DNA of 47,738 bases from Rotaria socialis (taxonomy: Eukaryota), in contig CAJNYD010000319.1 of NCBI GenBank assembly GCA_905331295.1, positions 1 to 47,738 on the forward strand, given 5' to 3'. The position numbers and the translations under genes were made by a program. A model generated the notes under the pieces. It was given only the letters and a program-made list of their open reading frames with translations. It was not told where the DNA came from and did not search any database. Below are positions 1-12,383 of this stretch, in pieces (within the stretch, counting starts at the first letter, position 1; the number at the start of each line of letters is the position of its first letter).

Positions 1-1762
1 CTTGAAACAGTTAAATTTTTCTCAAAAGGTGTTTTGAGCCTTTAGTATTTAATAAATAAACAAACAAATAGATTACATGTATGAAGCAACTATTATTTTG
101 GGCATAGAGTGTGGGTGTGTTGTGTTGAGATGCGCGTTGGGTATCCGTGCGATCTTTCTCACCAAAGAGAACCTCACTGACACCCACGTCCTTCCATTTA
201 CGGTCGAATCCTTGTTGAATATACTATCAAACATCGAATAAGTAAACTCAAAACATATTGACTCATACTTTTCATGTTGCTTTATTTCTTAGTGTGTAAA
301 TACAATATCATTTACACTAAGGAGTAATTCTTCTTCCTTGGGATCCAAACGAGTTATTTTTTTACGCTGATTAGATGATTCAAATATTAAAATAGATCAA
401 TGTGAAAAAGAGTCCCGACCTAAAGAGAAAATAGTTGGAACCTATAGAGAAAATTGGTATACAGGAGAAAATAGAAGATTGTCTTTGGTATGCTTTATTC
501 AGTCTACAAACTTGCAAAGAAAATTTCCAGGGAGAAAGCTATAACGCAAAAAAATTGAGCGAGGGGAAATCGTCCCCCACCCGAACTCATCGTAAACTAT
601 GATTATTCAAAGTTATTTTCTCTCTCTTTCTGAATAGTAGCAGTTATAGTCTATACATGGAGAAAAATTGTCATTGAAAATATGAAAAATTCTGTCTAAT
701 GATCTATTCATTTATAACTTTTGAAATTAATCTACGTGTTCGTGAATTTATCCAAATATATAACAGTATATTTGTAAATCGGATGGATTCATTTAGTATG
801 TTTGTTTGCTAGTTACATACACTTGTAGAATGTTAATCATGTTAACCTAATAAAGCAAGAAAGGAATAAGAAAAACAAAGATAAAGAACAAATAGCAGCA
901 AGGCAAAAAAAAACTAATGCGCCAGAAAAAATAGAAATATATAGAACGGATGATTATTCAAATGTTGGATTATTTTGAGAAGACAATTCCAGTATATGAG
1001 AATTTTTTCATGTTAATATTTTTGATTAGCAACGTAAAACTAAAGTATACTACTAGATTCTATATTTCAGTACGCGACGAACGGCACTAGCACATTAGTT
1101 GTATGAAGGACACTATTGAAGGTTTTAATTTTTATAAGAATTCAACATTTATAAATCTGATTATTATCTTTTCTTGATTATTTCTACGGAAATTTTCGTA
1201 TTAAAATTCTGATAATTAGTTCTTGCTAAATGATTTCTTCCTATATTTAAGCATTTTCTTTTGATGTTTGAACTTAAAGTAGCTTCTAACCTGTTCTGCG
1301 TAGTTTTTTCTGATCAATCCGTTAGGCGTAGATATCTTGCTTGTTCCTCGATAATAAATATGTTTTTCAGATACGGTAAGTATATTTACACCAGTTAAAC
1401 TGGGGATTCTATTTTTGTATTATAACTAAATAGAAAATAACAAGCATTTTGATGACATATGATTCCGTACGTCGATTCCATTTAGATGTAGTTTCATCTT
1501 ATGTGGTATTTTATTAATGAAGAATGCGGCTTTAACAGAGATGAAATAATATTTTAATTAACCTATCAGATTAAGTTCGATATGACAACAATAGAGAGAT
1601 AATATCGCCATTGTGGTCAATTTTACTACATTATAAATCAGTACGAGTAGTATTCCTATCTTATATAGCGAACAGCTAGGAGTGTGAATTTATAGTTTAT
1701 TTAAGTTAAATTTAACAAATTGTTTGGATGAATACTGATCATTGCTGTGAGGAAAATGGCTA

Positions 1763-3141
1763 CTTCTCATTTGCGAACATAAAGACAATAGATTTAACTA
1801 AATTTAAATTAAAAATTTTCGTTTAATTTTAAAGTTTATTATTCCGATTTTTTTTCAAAACGATTAAAATTTGAAGTTAATTTTAAAAGAAAAATTTCGT
1901 TTGGTTTAAGTTGATTAGTATTACATTATTCCAATTAAAGATTTCAAAACGTTATTTTGACTTAACTAAGTTTACTGCGATTTGTAGAGGACGTAAGTTT
2001 TTGACAATAGGAAACTTTTCAGTTCTAAAAAATTGGTGAAATTTGTAGAAGACGGATTTTTTCTGAAGAGAGAGTTCTTGTAAAGAAAATTAGTTCATTT
2101 CTTAATGACATGTTTTTTTAATATAGAGTTCATTGCTTTAAAAGATTCGATTGAATACGTAGAACATATAGCTTGTTAATGACGAGTATTTATTAGCAAG
2201 ACATAGTTCAGTTGATTTCTAGAAATATGCGGATATGAAGATCAATAATAATCTAATTCTCTCATGAATAATGAATATATAGTATTACAAAGACGAGCAA
2301 GAGCAAAAAACGGGTCTTCGTAAAAACAAAAGCTGAGTCAAAGTTAAAATGAGTATTATATCGTTTATTTCTATCTTTCTTTTTCTTTTTGGATCAATTA
2401 ATGATCATAATGCATATGGTGTAGAGTTCCATTTGGCTTAGATGCTAATTTTTCAAATTAAAGTAGAAATGCATATTGAGTCGTGTCTTTTTCAATTCTT
2501 ACTCGTGAAATATTAGTGATAAAATACGAGCAAGGGCAAAAAATAGATAGAAATTTTTAAAAAGTTGCGCCAAAGGTAAGATCAGTATTATCTAGTTCTA
2601 TTTCTATTGTTTCTTTCTTGACGAATTTTTAGTCATAATAAACGAGCAAAGATCGTCAAAATGAAAAACAAATACGGTTGAAATAAGAAAATATTCGAAT
2701 GAAAGTGAAAATAGATCTTGACTGTACCTTATAGATTGTATGATGAACCTCAGAGAAATAAATCATGATATTGATAGGAGTCTTTTTCTCTACCGAATCT
2801 CATAAATTACATTTTAATTAACAAAAGACGAGCGCAATAATTAATTTAGCGCACTCTATATATTACAGCTTATTCAATACAAATGACGGAATTTAAAATT
2901 TAGCGAACTCTACAAATTGCAGATAGTTACTAGCAAAATTGAAGGTATCAATTTGATTAAAATTGTTCTCAATTAGTGTTTAATAAATAAAAAAAGAAAA
3001 TTTAAAATCTTCGATTTAATTTTTCAAAAACGAAAACTTGAGGCTTGAAATGTTTTTCGAATTGAAGTTTCAAACTAAGAAAAAGATTTTAATTTAATTT
3101 AAAACGTTCTAATTTTCGATTTTATGTTCGCAAATGAGAAG
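1763..3141. mobile_element. Putative non-autonomous TIR element (~1.38 kb)
   Basis: Perfect 21-bp inverted repeat CTTCTCATTTGCGAACATAAA (1763-1783) / TTTATGTTCGCAAATGAGAAG (3121-3141). Degenerate internal direct repeats start near 2293 and 2526. No ORF and no clear TSD. Confidence 0.6.
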
Positions 3142-3612
3142 ATACGAGGAAAATACGTGACTTTAACAGTAGTAAATACCTAAATGAGAGAAGAACCTTG
3201 TATTTTAGGTTAATATTTGTTCATAGTAGTCAAACATTTTTCTCCAGCTTATACAAGATCCATCATCTTTCTTCTTCAAAATACCAGGATACTCATAAAA
3301 AATATATTTAATAGCACGATTCATAGAAGAATGACTAGCTTTAACTTTAGAAAACAAATAACATACTAAAATTTGACTTGAAATAATAGCAGTCAAGTTA
3401 AAAACTATGTTTATCCACTAGTTTTTAAAATTTATTTCTCGATTTAGTAATTTTTTTACATATAAAGGTGACACCCCTAAGGTTAAGTCCTTTGCTTTAG
3501 ATTATGTAGCCAACATCTTTAATAGAATACAATGTACTCGTCTCGACGATATAGGATGAACCTATTTTGTTTTACTATACATTACGACATGTTAATTACA
3601 AAGTAGAAAACA

Positions 3613-4539
3613 ATGGTTATGAGCAATAATCTCGAACGAGTGCTTCACAGTAATATATACATACAACCTGCACATTTTATTTTAGCCATAGCCACCAACA
3701 TACTTAATATACGTATATTATCTTGTCGCGTACTTCTTTCATCGTCATGTACATATTATTTTCTTACCTATGCTATTATAAGTATTACTTATACGTGTTT
3801 ATTATGCCCGATACAATTTGCTCGTGGTTTTTCTATTAATTGGATAAGTGGGCAAATAACTTGTAAAACGCATGCTTATATTTTGTTTGTACTACCACTT
3901 CAAGCTAATATTATGCTTATGTTAGCTTCGTTTCATCGCTATTGGACGAGTTCAAGAATCCATTGACTTCACTCGACAAGTGCTGTTCGAATAGCAAAAA
4001 GAAATATTACACTTGGCAGTGTATTTTCTATAGTCTATATGTCACCAATGTTGTTTATTTACTATTGGGACGATAGTTCCGGAAAATGTCTAACAAACTT
4101 TCATATTCTAATCAGTATTTATATACTTAGTCAAGTTATTATCTATTATATTTTATCATCTTCAATAATGATTCTATTCGGTATATTGACAATTCGAAAT
4201 ATTCGTCAGCGCTCATCAAGTGCGATATTCTTAGTTTCATTGACGCAACGACGCCGTATATAAAGTCAATTGACACGAATGTTAATCATTCAAATAGTTG
4301 TTCATCTTATTCTTGTACTTCCCTTCGGAATCATTTACAGTATTAATTCAACAATACCATCTACAAGAACATCAAATGTCATAGCAGTACGTTTAGTATT
4401 TGTAGCATTGCAACAATGTGATTATTTTGCGATATTCTTTTTATATACTCTCTCAGCGCGTGTCTATCGACAGCAATTAGTGCGAATTTTAATCTCTACT
4501 ACATGTTTGAATGCAAGAGAGTGGTACCATCATTGCTAA
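3613..4539 (+). pseudogene. Intronless rhodopsin-like (class A-type) GPCR pseudogene
   Basis: ORFs 3613, 4039 and 4270 share one frame and are separated only by TGA 3964-3966 and TAA 4261-4263. The joined 308 codons show about 7 hydrophobic segments, a DRY-like 'ASFHRY', TM6 'QLTRMLIIQIVVHLILVLP' and a 'FFLYTLSARVYRQQL' helix-8-like end. Confidence 0.8.
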
Positions 4540-6694
4540 TGATTTTAAAATTGGATAAGAAACTTTATAATTATTCAATAAATATGATCGAATAATTTAA
4601 TTAATAATTCATTTTCTGTTGTATTGATGCATATTTTAAAGCTAGCTGAGGATTAGTTGATTCAAGCATGATTAAAAAACGGCTTGTCTTGTTATGGCGA
4701 TGCCATACGAAGACGTTTTTGTCCGACAAACTAATACTTGACATACATATTTTTCATTATAGTTCCGAAGATTAAAATTAACTAGATTTTGGTAAATTCT
4801 AACTTCTATATGAGATGATTTGGGAATAAAATCTGCTTCATATTTCTTCCCAGAAAGGTTCAATTAAAGAACAAAAATGTTTTTCCTGATTCTATAATTC
4901 TTTACCTCAATAGGAAGTGAAAAAATTATCGAAATACAATTAAAAATGTTGTGTTGATAGATTACAATATCAATAAAGTTATGCTTTATATATATAAAGG
5001 AGTATTATTTTAAAATAGAAAATATGTTTTAAAAACTATTTACAGAAAATGTTTGTTTAGCAAAAAAATATACATCGATAAACTACTCGTTGAATTAGAA
5101 TAGCTACTCAATAAAAAGTCTTGTACGCACATCTTTTCTTTTATTAACTATGTAAATCAATTTGTTTCGCGCATAGTACTCTATACTTGAAAATATTGTA
5201 GCTATACGTCTTCCTTGTCTGTGTATGGTATTTATATTTGAATGAGAAAAATACTCTTACTCAACTAAGAAAAACAGAAAACAAGGAGAACAGGCACGTC
5301 ACATCATTAAAATTCATTTCATCTCAAACAATTTTTAACAAATGAAAAAGTTTGTAGTATCTCTTCTCGTATTACTTTTTGTTCAAATTGCTGTGCATGG
5401 AAATCATTTTTATGGTGGTTCAATCAATTGGTCACCAATAAACAATATTAATAAAGTTGAAATAAATAGCACAGGCAAAGTCAATATTGAACAACAATAT
5501 GCATGATCTAGAAATACTACAACCGCTGCATGTATGCAATCAACGATTTTATCATATGGTCTTATTGGTGACGATGTAAATAATACTCTGATATGTTTAT
5601 CGAACGCAGCAGTATGTTCACGTACTAATTTTACAACCAATATATCAAGTTTAGTTCCGTGTACTGATTATAATACCATATTAGATATGTCATTTGGGCA
5701 TAGTCAAACATCGATAGATGTGAACGTACTAGCGGAAGGCCTAGTAATTGGTTAAACATAATCAAGGGATGGTTGGATACCTTTGAAATTAGGCGGAGGT
5801 AATTTGAGCTTAGTTATGTATCTTAATTTACAAGCACATCCAGATAATGGTCTAGTTAATCATTCACCTACATCATCCATGCCATTAGTGACTTATGTGC
5901 ATATTGCAAACAATACAACAGTGTCAATTGATATACCAATGAATGACAGTGATGGAGATATGATTCGATGTCGTTTTGCAAAATCAAATAATATATTAGG
6001 TGGAATTCTTGTAAATGAATGTCAAGATGCCTGCTCCACTATAGCACTTCCACCATCGGCACAATTTATATCAATAAATGATACATACAGATTGAATGTC
6101 AACCTAACATCTCCTGGTACCTATGCAATAGCAATTCAATTCGAAGATTTTCTTGAAAACTCTACTGATATACTTAGTTCAATACCATTTCAATTTATTT
6201 TAATAGTAGTTAATGAACTAAGTGGGACATCAAATGATTGTACTTACTTGCCGACAACTATCGATATCCAACCTGATTCTCCTTCGTGTGATTCTATTCT
6301 CACTGTTCAAATGAATATTCAATATACGTTTACAGTTATTGCTAAAATAGCTTGCTTAAATAATACAAAAGCATCTATTACAAATTTTATGACATCAAGT
6401 CCACAAGGCATGCTCAAAGGAGATAATATATATCCACTGACATCAACATCATATGCTATCAATCATACTTGGATACCAACTGGTGATCAATTGCATCAGA
6501 CATTAATTTTTTGCACCATTGCAATTGATAGTCAATTCTATTCATCGAATCAATATTGTTTCTATTTATTTGTTGAAAATCAAACCAAACTAACATCAAA
6601 TGAGTCAATAGCGTCCGATTCAAAATCAGTTGCGGTAGTGACACTGAACCAAGTAACACCACAATCTAGGTTTGGAGTAGCTCTCACTTCTGAC

Positions 6695-7036
6695 ACTACA
6701 ACCACAACCACTGAAACAACAACAACCACTGTGACAACAACAACCACTGTGACAACAACAACCACTGAGACAACCACAACAACTGCTACAACAACAACCA
6801 CTGAAACAACAACAACCACTGAGACAACAACGACTACGGAAACAACAACATCAACAACATCAACAACAACAACTTCAACTACCACTACAACATCAACATC
6901 AACATCAACATCAACATCAACAACTTCAACCACCACAACAGCAACATCAACAACAACAACTTCAACTACCACTACAACATCAACAACATCAACAACATCA
7001 ACAACGACAACAAAAACATTTACTACCACTTCAACT
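6695..7036 (+). repeat. ACN-rich low-complexity tract encoding a poly-Thr/Ser stalk
   Basis: About 114 codons, almost all ACA/ACC/ACT/TCA (TTTTTETTTTTV...TSTTSTT). Confidence 0.95.
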
Positions 7037-7037
7037 A

Positions 7038-9560
7038 AACCCCCCATATTAGTAGACCCCCCCTATATTAGAAGACCCCTCTTAAGAAATTATGTGAAAT
7101 TCACAATAGAAGACTCTGGTCTTGTGAAAGGAAATTTTTTACACTTTTTTTACTTTTTTTCGTTGATTTATTTATTGAATTGAATTTATTGGAGAATACA
7201 AGTCACAGCAGGATAGAAGAGAAAGTAATAGCTTATCTATGCAGAATGGAAATACATTTTCGTCGGAAAGAGGAAAACAAATTTCCGCTAGAATGAAATC
7301 AAGAGGAAAATGAAATCTATAAATGGTGCAAGAAGGAGAGAACGAATAATATTAAAATTAGTGAATATATAAAATATGGAAGAAGAACATCTTGTACGAT
7401 TTTATGCCGACGAAGATTCAAATTTTGATGATGATAACAGTTCTGATGATAATTCAAGTGTTGAAGTTACTTCAAGCATTGATGAATGTGAAAATGAATT
7501 AGTACGTTTATCAACATATCTTCAATTAGAATCCGATTGTGAAAATGATGATGATCAAGCTTTTGAATGGCCTGAGCCACCTCCATCCTTAATTTCTCCA
7601 GACTCATCTGATATCGAAGAATTATGTGATTCACAACAAGTGATATTGTCCGCAACGTCACTTCATAACGATAATATTCGAGAAAAATGTACGAAACGTA
7701 AACGACGCCAATGGACAATAAAAGAAAAACTTATTGCTGTTGCACTGTTCGATAAAAATCAAAGTAAACGTAAAACTGCGAAGAGCGAAGGATGTACATC
7801 CTCTCAATTACGGAAATGGATTGAAAACAAGGAAAACTTATTAATGATGTTGAAAAAGAGAAAAGGTCCGTTTCTATTTTCTTTTAATTGATCGTAAAAA
7901 TATCTACTCGTTCATATTTTAGGTGGTAAAAGAAAACGATTAGATGGTGGTGGTAAAAAACTTGTTTACGTTGATCTTGATGATCAACTTTTTACTTGGT
8001 ACCGGTCACGACGAACCGATCCCACACATAAATCTATTGCTCCAGCTGATATTCGAAGAGAAAAAGTTACTTTTCGCCATTTGGAAAAAGAAGGTCGTCG
8101 AATTTCTAAAGAATTGAATCATTCACTACCATCATCAAGTTGGTATTTCCGGTTTATGAAACGTAATGGTTTATCATTACAACGGCCGAAGAGACAAGAT
8201 AAAGTACCACTTGATGAAGTTCATCGTTTAGCTAATTCTTTTTATACGTTCAATCGTCGTGCTAGTTTATGGTCAATTAAACGTGGTCCTATGGGTGCAT
8301 TTACTGATGGAGATATTTGTAACATGGATGAATCTCCATTAGCACTTTTTGGTGATCAAGTTAAAAGATCTGTTAATGATATTGGAACAAGTAATGAAAT
8401 AAATGGGTGTATTAGCAACAAGGTAATTTATCATATTATATCTGATTTATTAGATCTTTTATTATAAATGAAATATTTAATCATTTTTTTTTCAATTATT
8501 GTAGAGATTTTGTACAGTTATACTGACTGTTTTTCATAAAAATCAACGAATGGAGCCAGTTGTACTTTTTAAAGGTAAAGGTAATGTTGGTGTTGCTGAA
8601 CGTCAACAATATTCAAAGGGTATTCATGTTATATTTACACCGAAAGCTGTAATTAATGGACCATCGATGGATTTATATTGTACAAAGTGGTTGGAAAAGG
8701 TACAAAAATCTAATATGAGTACAGAAGGAGAATATCTGTATATTATTATTTGTCTTATAGGTACATGATGGTCATCCAAAGTTATTTATAGCAGATTCGG
8801 CTAATTCTCACCTAAAGCCCGAAATAATTCAAAAGTTACGGAAAAAGAATGTTGTTGTATCTATTATTCCGAAAGGATGCACGCAATATCTACAACTTCT
8901 TGATACATCAGTTTTTTCTGTCTTCAAAAATCATTATCAAGCTGCTGCTGATGAATATATTGATCTCTATAGTTCACGTAGTAAAATTAAATTAGCAGCT
9001 AAACAACAACGCATTTTATGTACTCGTTTAATTTCAACAGCATGGGTTCGTACTCAGAATAGTATCGATTTTGAACGTGCTTTCTTTGATATTGGTTATA
9101 CATGGATTGATGAATCTCCTGTTTCTATTCGAACTCTACAGGGATTTCTTTTTGATCCATCAACAGTAACTTCTTCAATAACTGATGTTGATGATCGTGA
9201 AGAACAAGAAGAATGTCGTGAAAAGAAAAAGATGGTCGAAGAAAATAAAAAGCACTCACATTTATCAAGCATGAAGAACAACAGTAAATTGAAACAACTC
9301 AGTTTAGATCAGTTTATTAAAAATTAAAATTTCATTATAGTTCATTTTTTTTCATTTTGTTTTGTATTTTTACTTTGTATTTTAAACATAATCATGGTGA
9401 ACTAACTAAATTATATATTAATAAAGTTTAATGACGATATCTGATCCTTTATGGACAGGTATTCCTATTAAAAGTAGATTCATAATAGAAGACCCCTCTA
9501 AAAAATATGTACGCTAAAGCATAATAGAAGACCAGGGGTCTTTTATTGTGGGGGGGGGTT
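7038..9560 (+). mobile_element. pogo-type (Tc1/mariner/pogo group) DNA transposon, 2523 bp, TA target-site duplication
   Basis: TA at 7036-7037 and 9561-9562. TIR AACCCCCCATATTAGTAGACCCC versus the reverse complement of the right end, AACCCCCCCCCACAATAAAAGACCCC. The subterminal motif TAGAAGACC is repeated near both ends. Contains a transposase gene. Confidence 0.92.
7376..9327 (+). CDS. pogo/CENP-B-like DDE_1 transposase (DD35D), ~583 aa, 4 exons
   Basis: Exons 7376-7865, 7923-8422, 8505-8699, 8761-9327; all introns GT-AG and the spliced frame is open. HTH region 'RRQWTIKEKL...RKRLDGGGKK'. Catalytic 'NMDESP', 'FIADSANSH', 'QLLDTSVF' with 35 residues between the second and third Asp. C-terminal 'QLSLDQFI'. 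Confidence 0.92.
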
Positions 9561-11869
9561 TACATCGAATAGACCTATTTTCAACAAATGTACACTGAAA
9601 CTTAATGAACTGTTAAGTCAAAAGCTGTTTTTTCAGGCTTTCATAGAGGACTGCAAATCTTTCTTATTGTCCGATTACTCCCCACAAAATGAAATGATAT
9701 TTAAAATAGCACACTTATGGTTATCAAAATGGTTAGACCTGAAACANCCACCGCCCCATACTTTATTTCAACTGTTCAATAAAACGTTTAAAATAAAAGT
9801 GAAATAATATCAAATATCGTATGACTAAACAAAATCGTGTTTGCCATCGTTTGAATCAGATCTATAATTAAAGAAATATTTAAATCTAGTACCTATGGAT
9901 GATTTCCTAGCGTAGGATTTCGCTGAATTCGACAAGTTTTCATCGTCGAATCCTATTTTAGGAATAGGGAAAAATTCATCGCCGGAAATCGTTAGACAAC
10001 TAACGGATACTTATGGTTTTCGGCAGTTGAAATTGTATGGGATAATTACTGTCGGAACCTGTCTTATAGTTTCGGAGCCGACAGAATGGGTTCATAATCT
10101 GATTCAATGCTATAATCGAGGCTCTCAATTATATTCAATTAAAACTGATGTTTACTTATTTCGTCTTATACTCCAGATGAGTTTAAGGAGAATATTCGAA
10201 ATCCCAAAATCCAAACCGTGAATGACGGAATTTTCATCTGAATTTTCTTTCTATATGTAGGTCTCATGATCGTTAGAACATTCTAACATTTTCAGCACGA
10301 ACGAATGTTTCCTTCTCAAGATAATGAATGCGCAAGAAATGCTCATATCACGACACGGTCCGAAAGTCCAGTTTGCTTGAAAATTCAATATTTTAAGAAA
10401 CTATTTTTTCGAGTTGAAACTTTCGCAGATCTGATTTCAGAAAGGAGTTAACCCAGGTCAAAAAAATTAGATGTAAAATCTTGCGAAACCAGATAGAACC
10501 GTACAAAAAATTGTCGTCTCTGAAATTTCACATTAGCTGTTACAATAAAACGCTTGAAAGATCTTACTATTTCATAAGATTTTCTATAATCGTAGAGTCA
10601 TATCTTAAGATACAATAGGTTCTTTCAAGAATCTGATAGTACAAATTGATGTAAGATTTCGGAGACTATGATTTTCGTCCGATCTTATATGATCACACAA
10701 CATCTGATTGTTTACTATGGGAACGGAAAAAAATGCGTGACTAAATTACATTATATTTGTTTATTGAGGAGAATATCATGAATTGTATTATATGATAATG
10801 TACTCTATTTTAGCAACGAAATATGTCGTGCAGAATAATAAAATAAAATATTGTATTCTTTATTTTTGCAGGAAATAATTAAATGTCGCTTTAAAATTTG
10901 GTAACATACACTTACTATTGTAAATTATGCATAATAGACGTTCATTTGAAAAATATTCCAGACAGATGTAAGCATGTTTGATCGAGAAAAATATGTCGAA
11001 CTAGATATTAACCGAGTTGGTATGTAGGTGTTTTGCTATCCTATAAAGAGAAACGTGAGTACATCTGTCAGTACGAGAATTACATACAAAAAACTATTGA
11101 ATCTTATACAAATATATTGTGTATTGAGATACTTGTCACCGAGCTATCTTAGTTGAGTGCGTCCTGAATAAAATTCGAGTGATCTTTTTCTCGTTGTTTT
11201 CGACAACATTTGATAAAGAAGTTTTCATGAATATTTTTCATGTACTTGGTTTGAACTTTTAGAGAAAAAGATAGAACACAACAATCAAATTTAATCTTAC
11301 GTTACACATAATATGATTCTTCTGTCTGCAAACTTTCAGTGAACAGTGAGAAATGTCCTATCTTGCTGTTCATAATGACCTACAACAAAAGGAAGATTCA
11401 GCTATCTATAACCACCTTGGTACCTTTAGCGACGTTAGCTTATTAGTCAATGTATTGCCTGGATAATACAGTTGATTACATTCTTTATCAGAGCGTCCTA
11501 CCGATATAAACTTTGTCATAGTAAAAACATTCGCTCATTCGTGCAACGCTAGTTTTATTTCTTTGAAAAAACGCATGACCGGTGCTTTTATCCTGAACAC
11601 GATTTGCAAATTCTTGTCACGCTCTGTATCCATTTTCCTGTTAAGGTCGATATATTGTTGTTTGCATGACTTTTACGCATATCTTACCGTGTGCATGTGT
11701 CTTTATGTCGTTTCTAAAATGCATTTGGGTTGGGTTACATAGACAGATAACATTACTGTTTGTGTTGAATCTATTTTCCTTTCACTGCTAAGCATTTACC
11801 AAACAAAAAATTATTTAAAAAAAATAACATTCGCTTTTGATGACAATACAATGTAATCTACTTTACATA

Positions 11870-12033
11870 CCCATGGGAAAAAAATTTATCCAAAAAAGTG
11901 ACAATGAAGTACTTTCAATAGTAGGTTTTACGCAGGGTAAAGTACGCGTAAGTGAACCTTTTTAAGTACTTTTCATACTTTTTGACTAAAAAGTACTATT
12001 AAAAGTATTCGGTTCACTTCTGTTTTACATGGG
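11870..12033. mobile_element. Small MITE-like element with CCCATG...CATGGG ends
   Basis: TA|CCCATGGGAAAA at the left and TTTTACATGGG|TA at the right. The TIR is short and imperfect. Confidence 0.4.
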
Positions 12034-12383
12034 TAAGTAGGACAACATGATCTATGCATGAACAAACTAGTGGCTTATAGGATACACAGTTTAAATGAAT
12101 GCTAATAGTGTTTTAATGTTATTTATATGTCAGTTCCGCTTAAATTATATTCTGGCAGCCAATGATATAAAGAAACGTATCAAACAGTAGACGTAACTTG
12201 TAATCAGGCAGCGCAAAAATTGACGAGCTGTGGGAGTTGATATGAAATCTTTCGAGTATCTTCCTTATAGAAATGTTTTTCCACAAGGAATGAAACTTCA
12301 AATTGAAAACATCTGCTCGATTGGTTGTATGTTTTATGAGAATACACGATTTTGTTTTTCTTTTAAGATACCTAACTACTGAA

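Larger units (their letters stand above)
5342..9807 (+). pseudogene. Secreted 'HFxGGxIxW' family protein (resembles Dictyostelium Sib / integrin-beta-like N-termini) with Thr-rich mucin-like stalk; disrupted by stops and a transposon
   Basis: ATG 5342 and signal peptide MKKFVVSLLVLLFVQIAVHG, then NHFYGGSINW, NHSP and DSDGDMIRCRFA motifs. In-frame stops at TGA 5504, TAA 5753 and TAA 5759. The frame is interrupted at 7038-9560 and resumes at 9562 to TAA 9805-9807. Confidence 0.7.

Noticed and set aside
3205..3486. Possible transposase tail and TTAA-type terminus
   Set aside because: Short ORF with no diagnostic motif and no matching second terminus.
3964..5761. Alternative genetic code or UGA readthrough rescuing the broken genes
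   Set aside because: The same genes also contain TAA stops, and intact genes in the window end in TAA, TAG or TGA and use TGG for Trp.
6580..7047. 155-aa poly-Val ORF on the minus strand
   Set aside because: Antisense shadow of the Thr-codon tract.
7038..7183. Hydrophobic C-terminus of the 466-aa ORF as a membrane anchor
   Set aside because: It is read-through into the transposon's left end, not host sequence.
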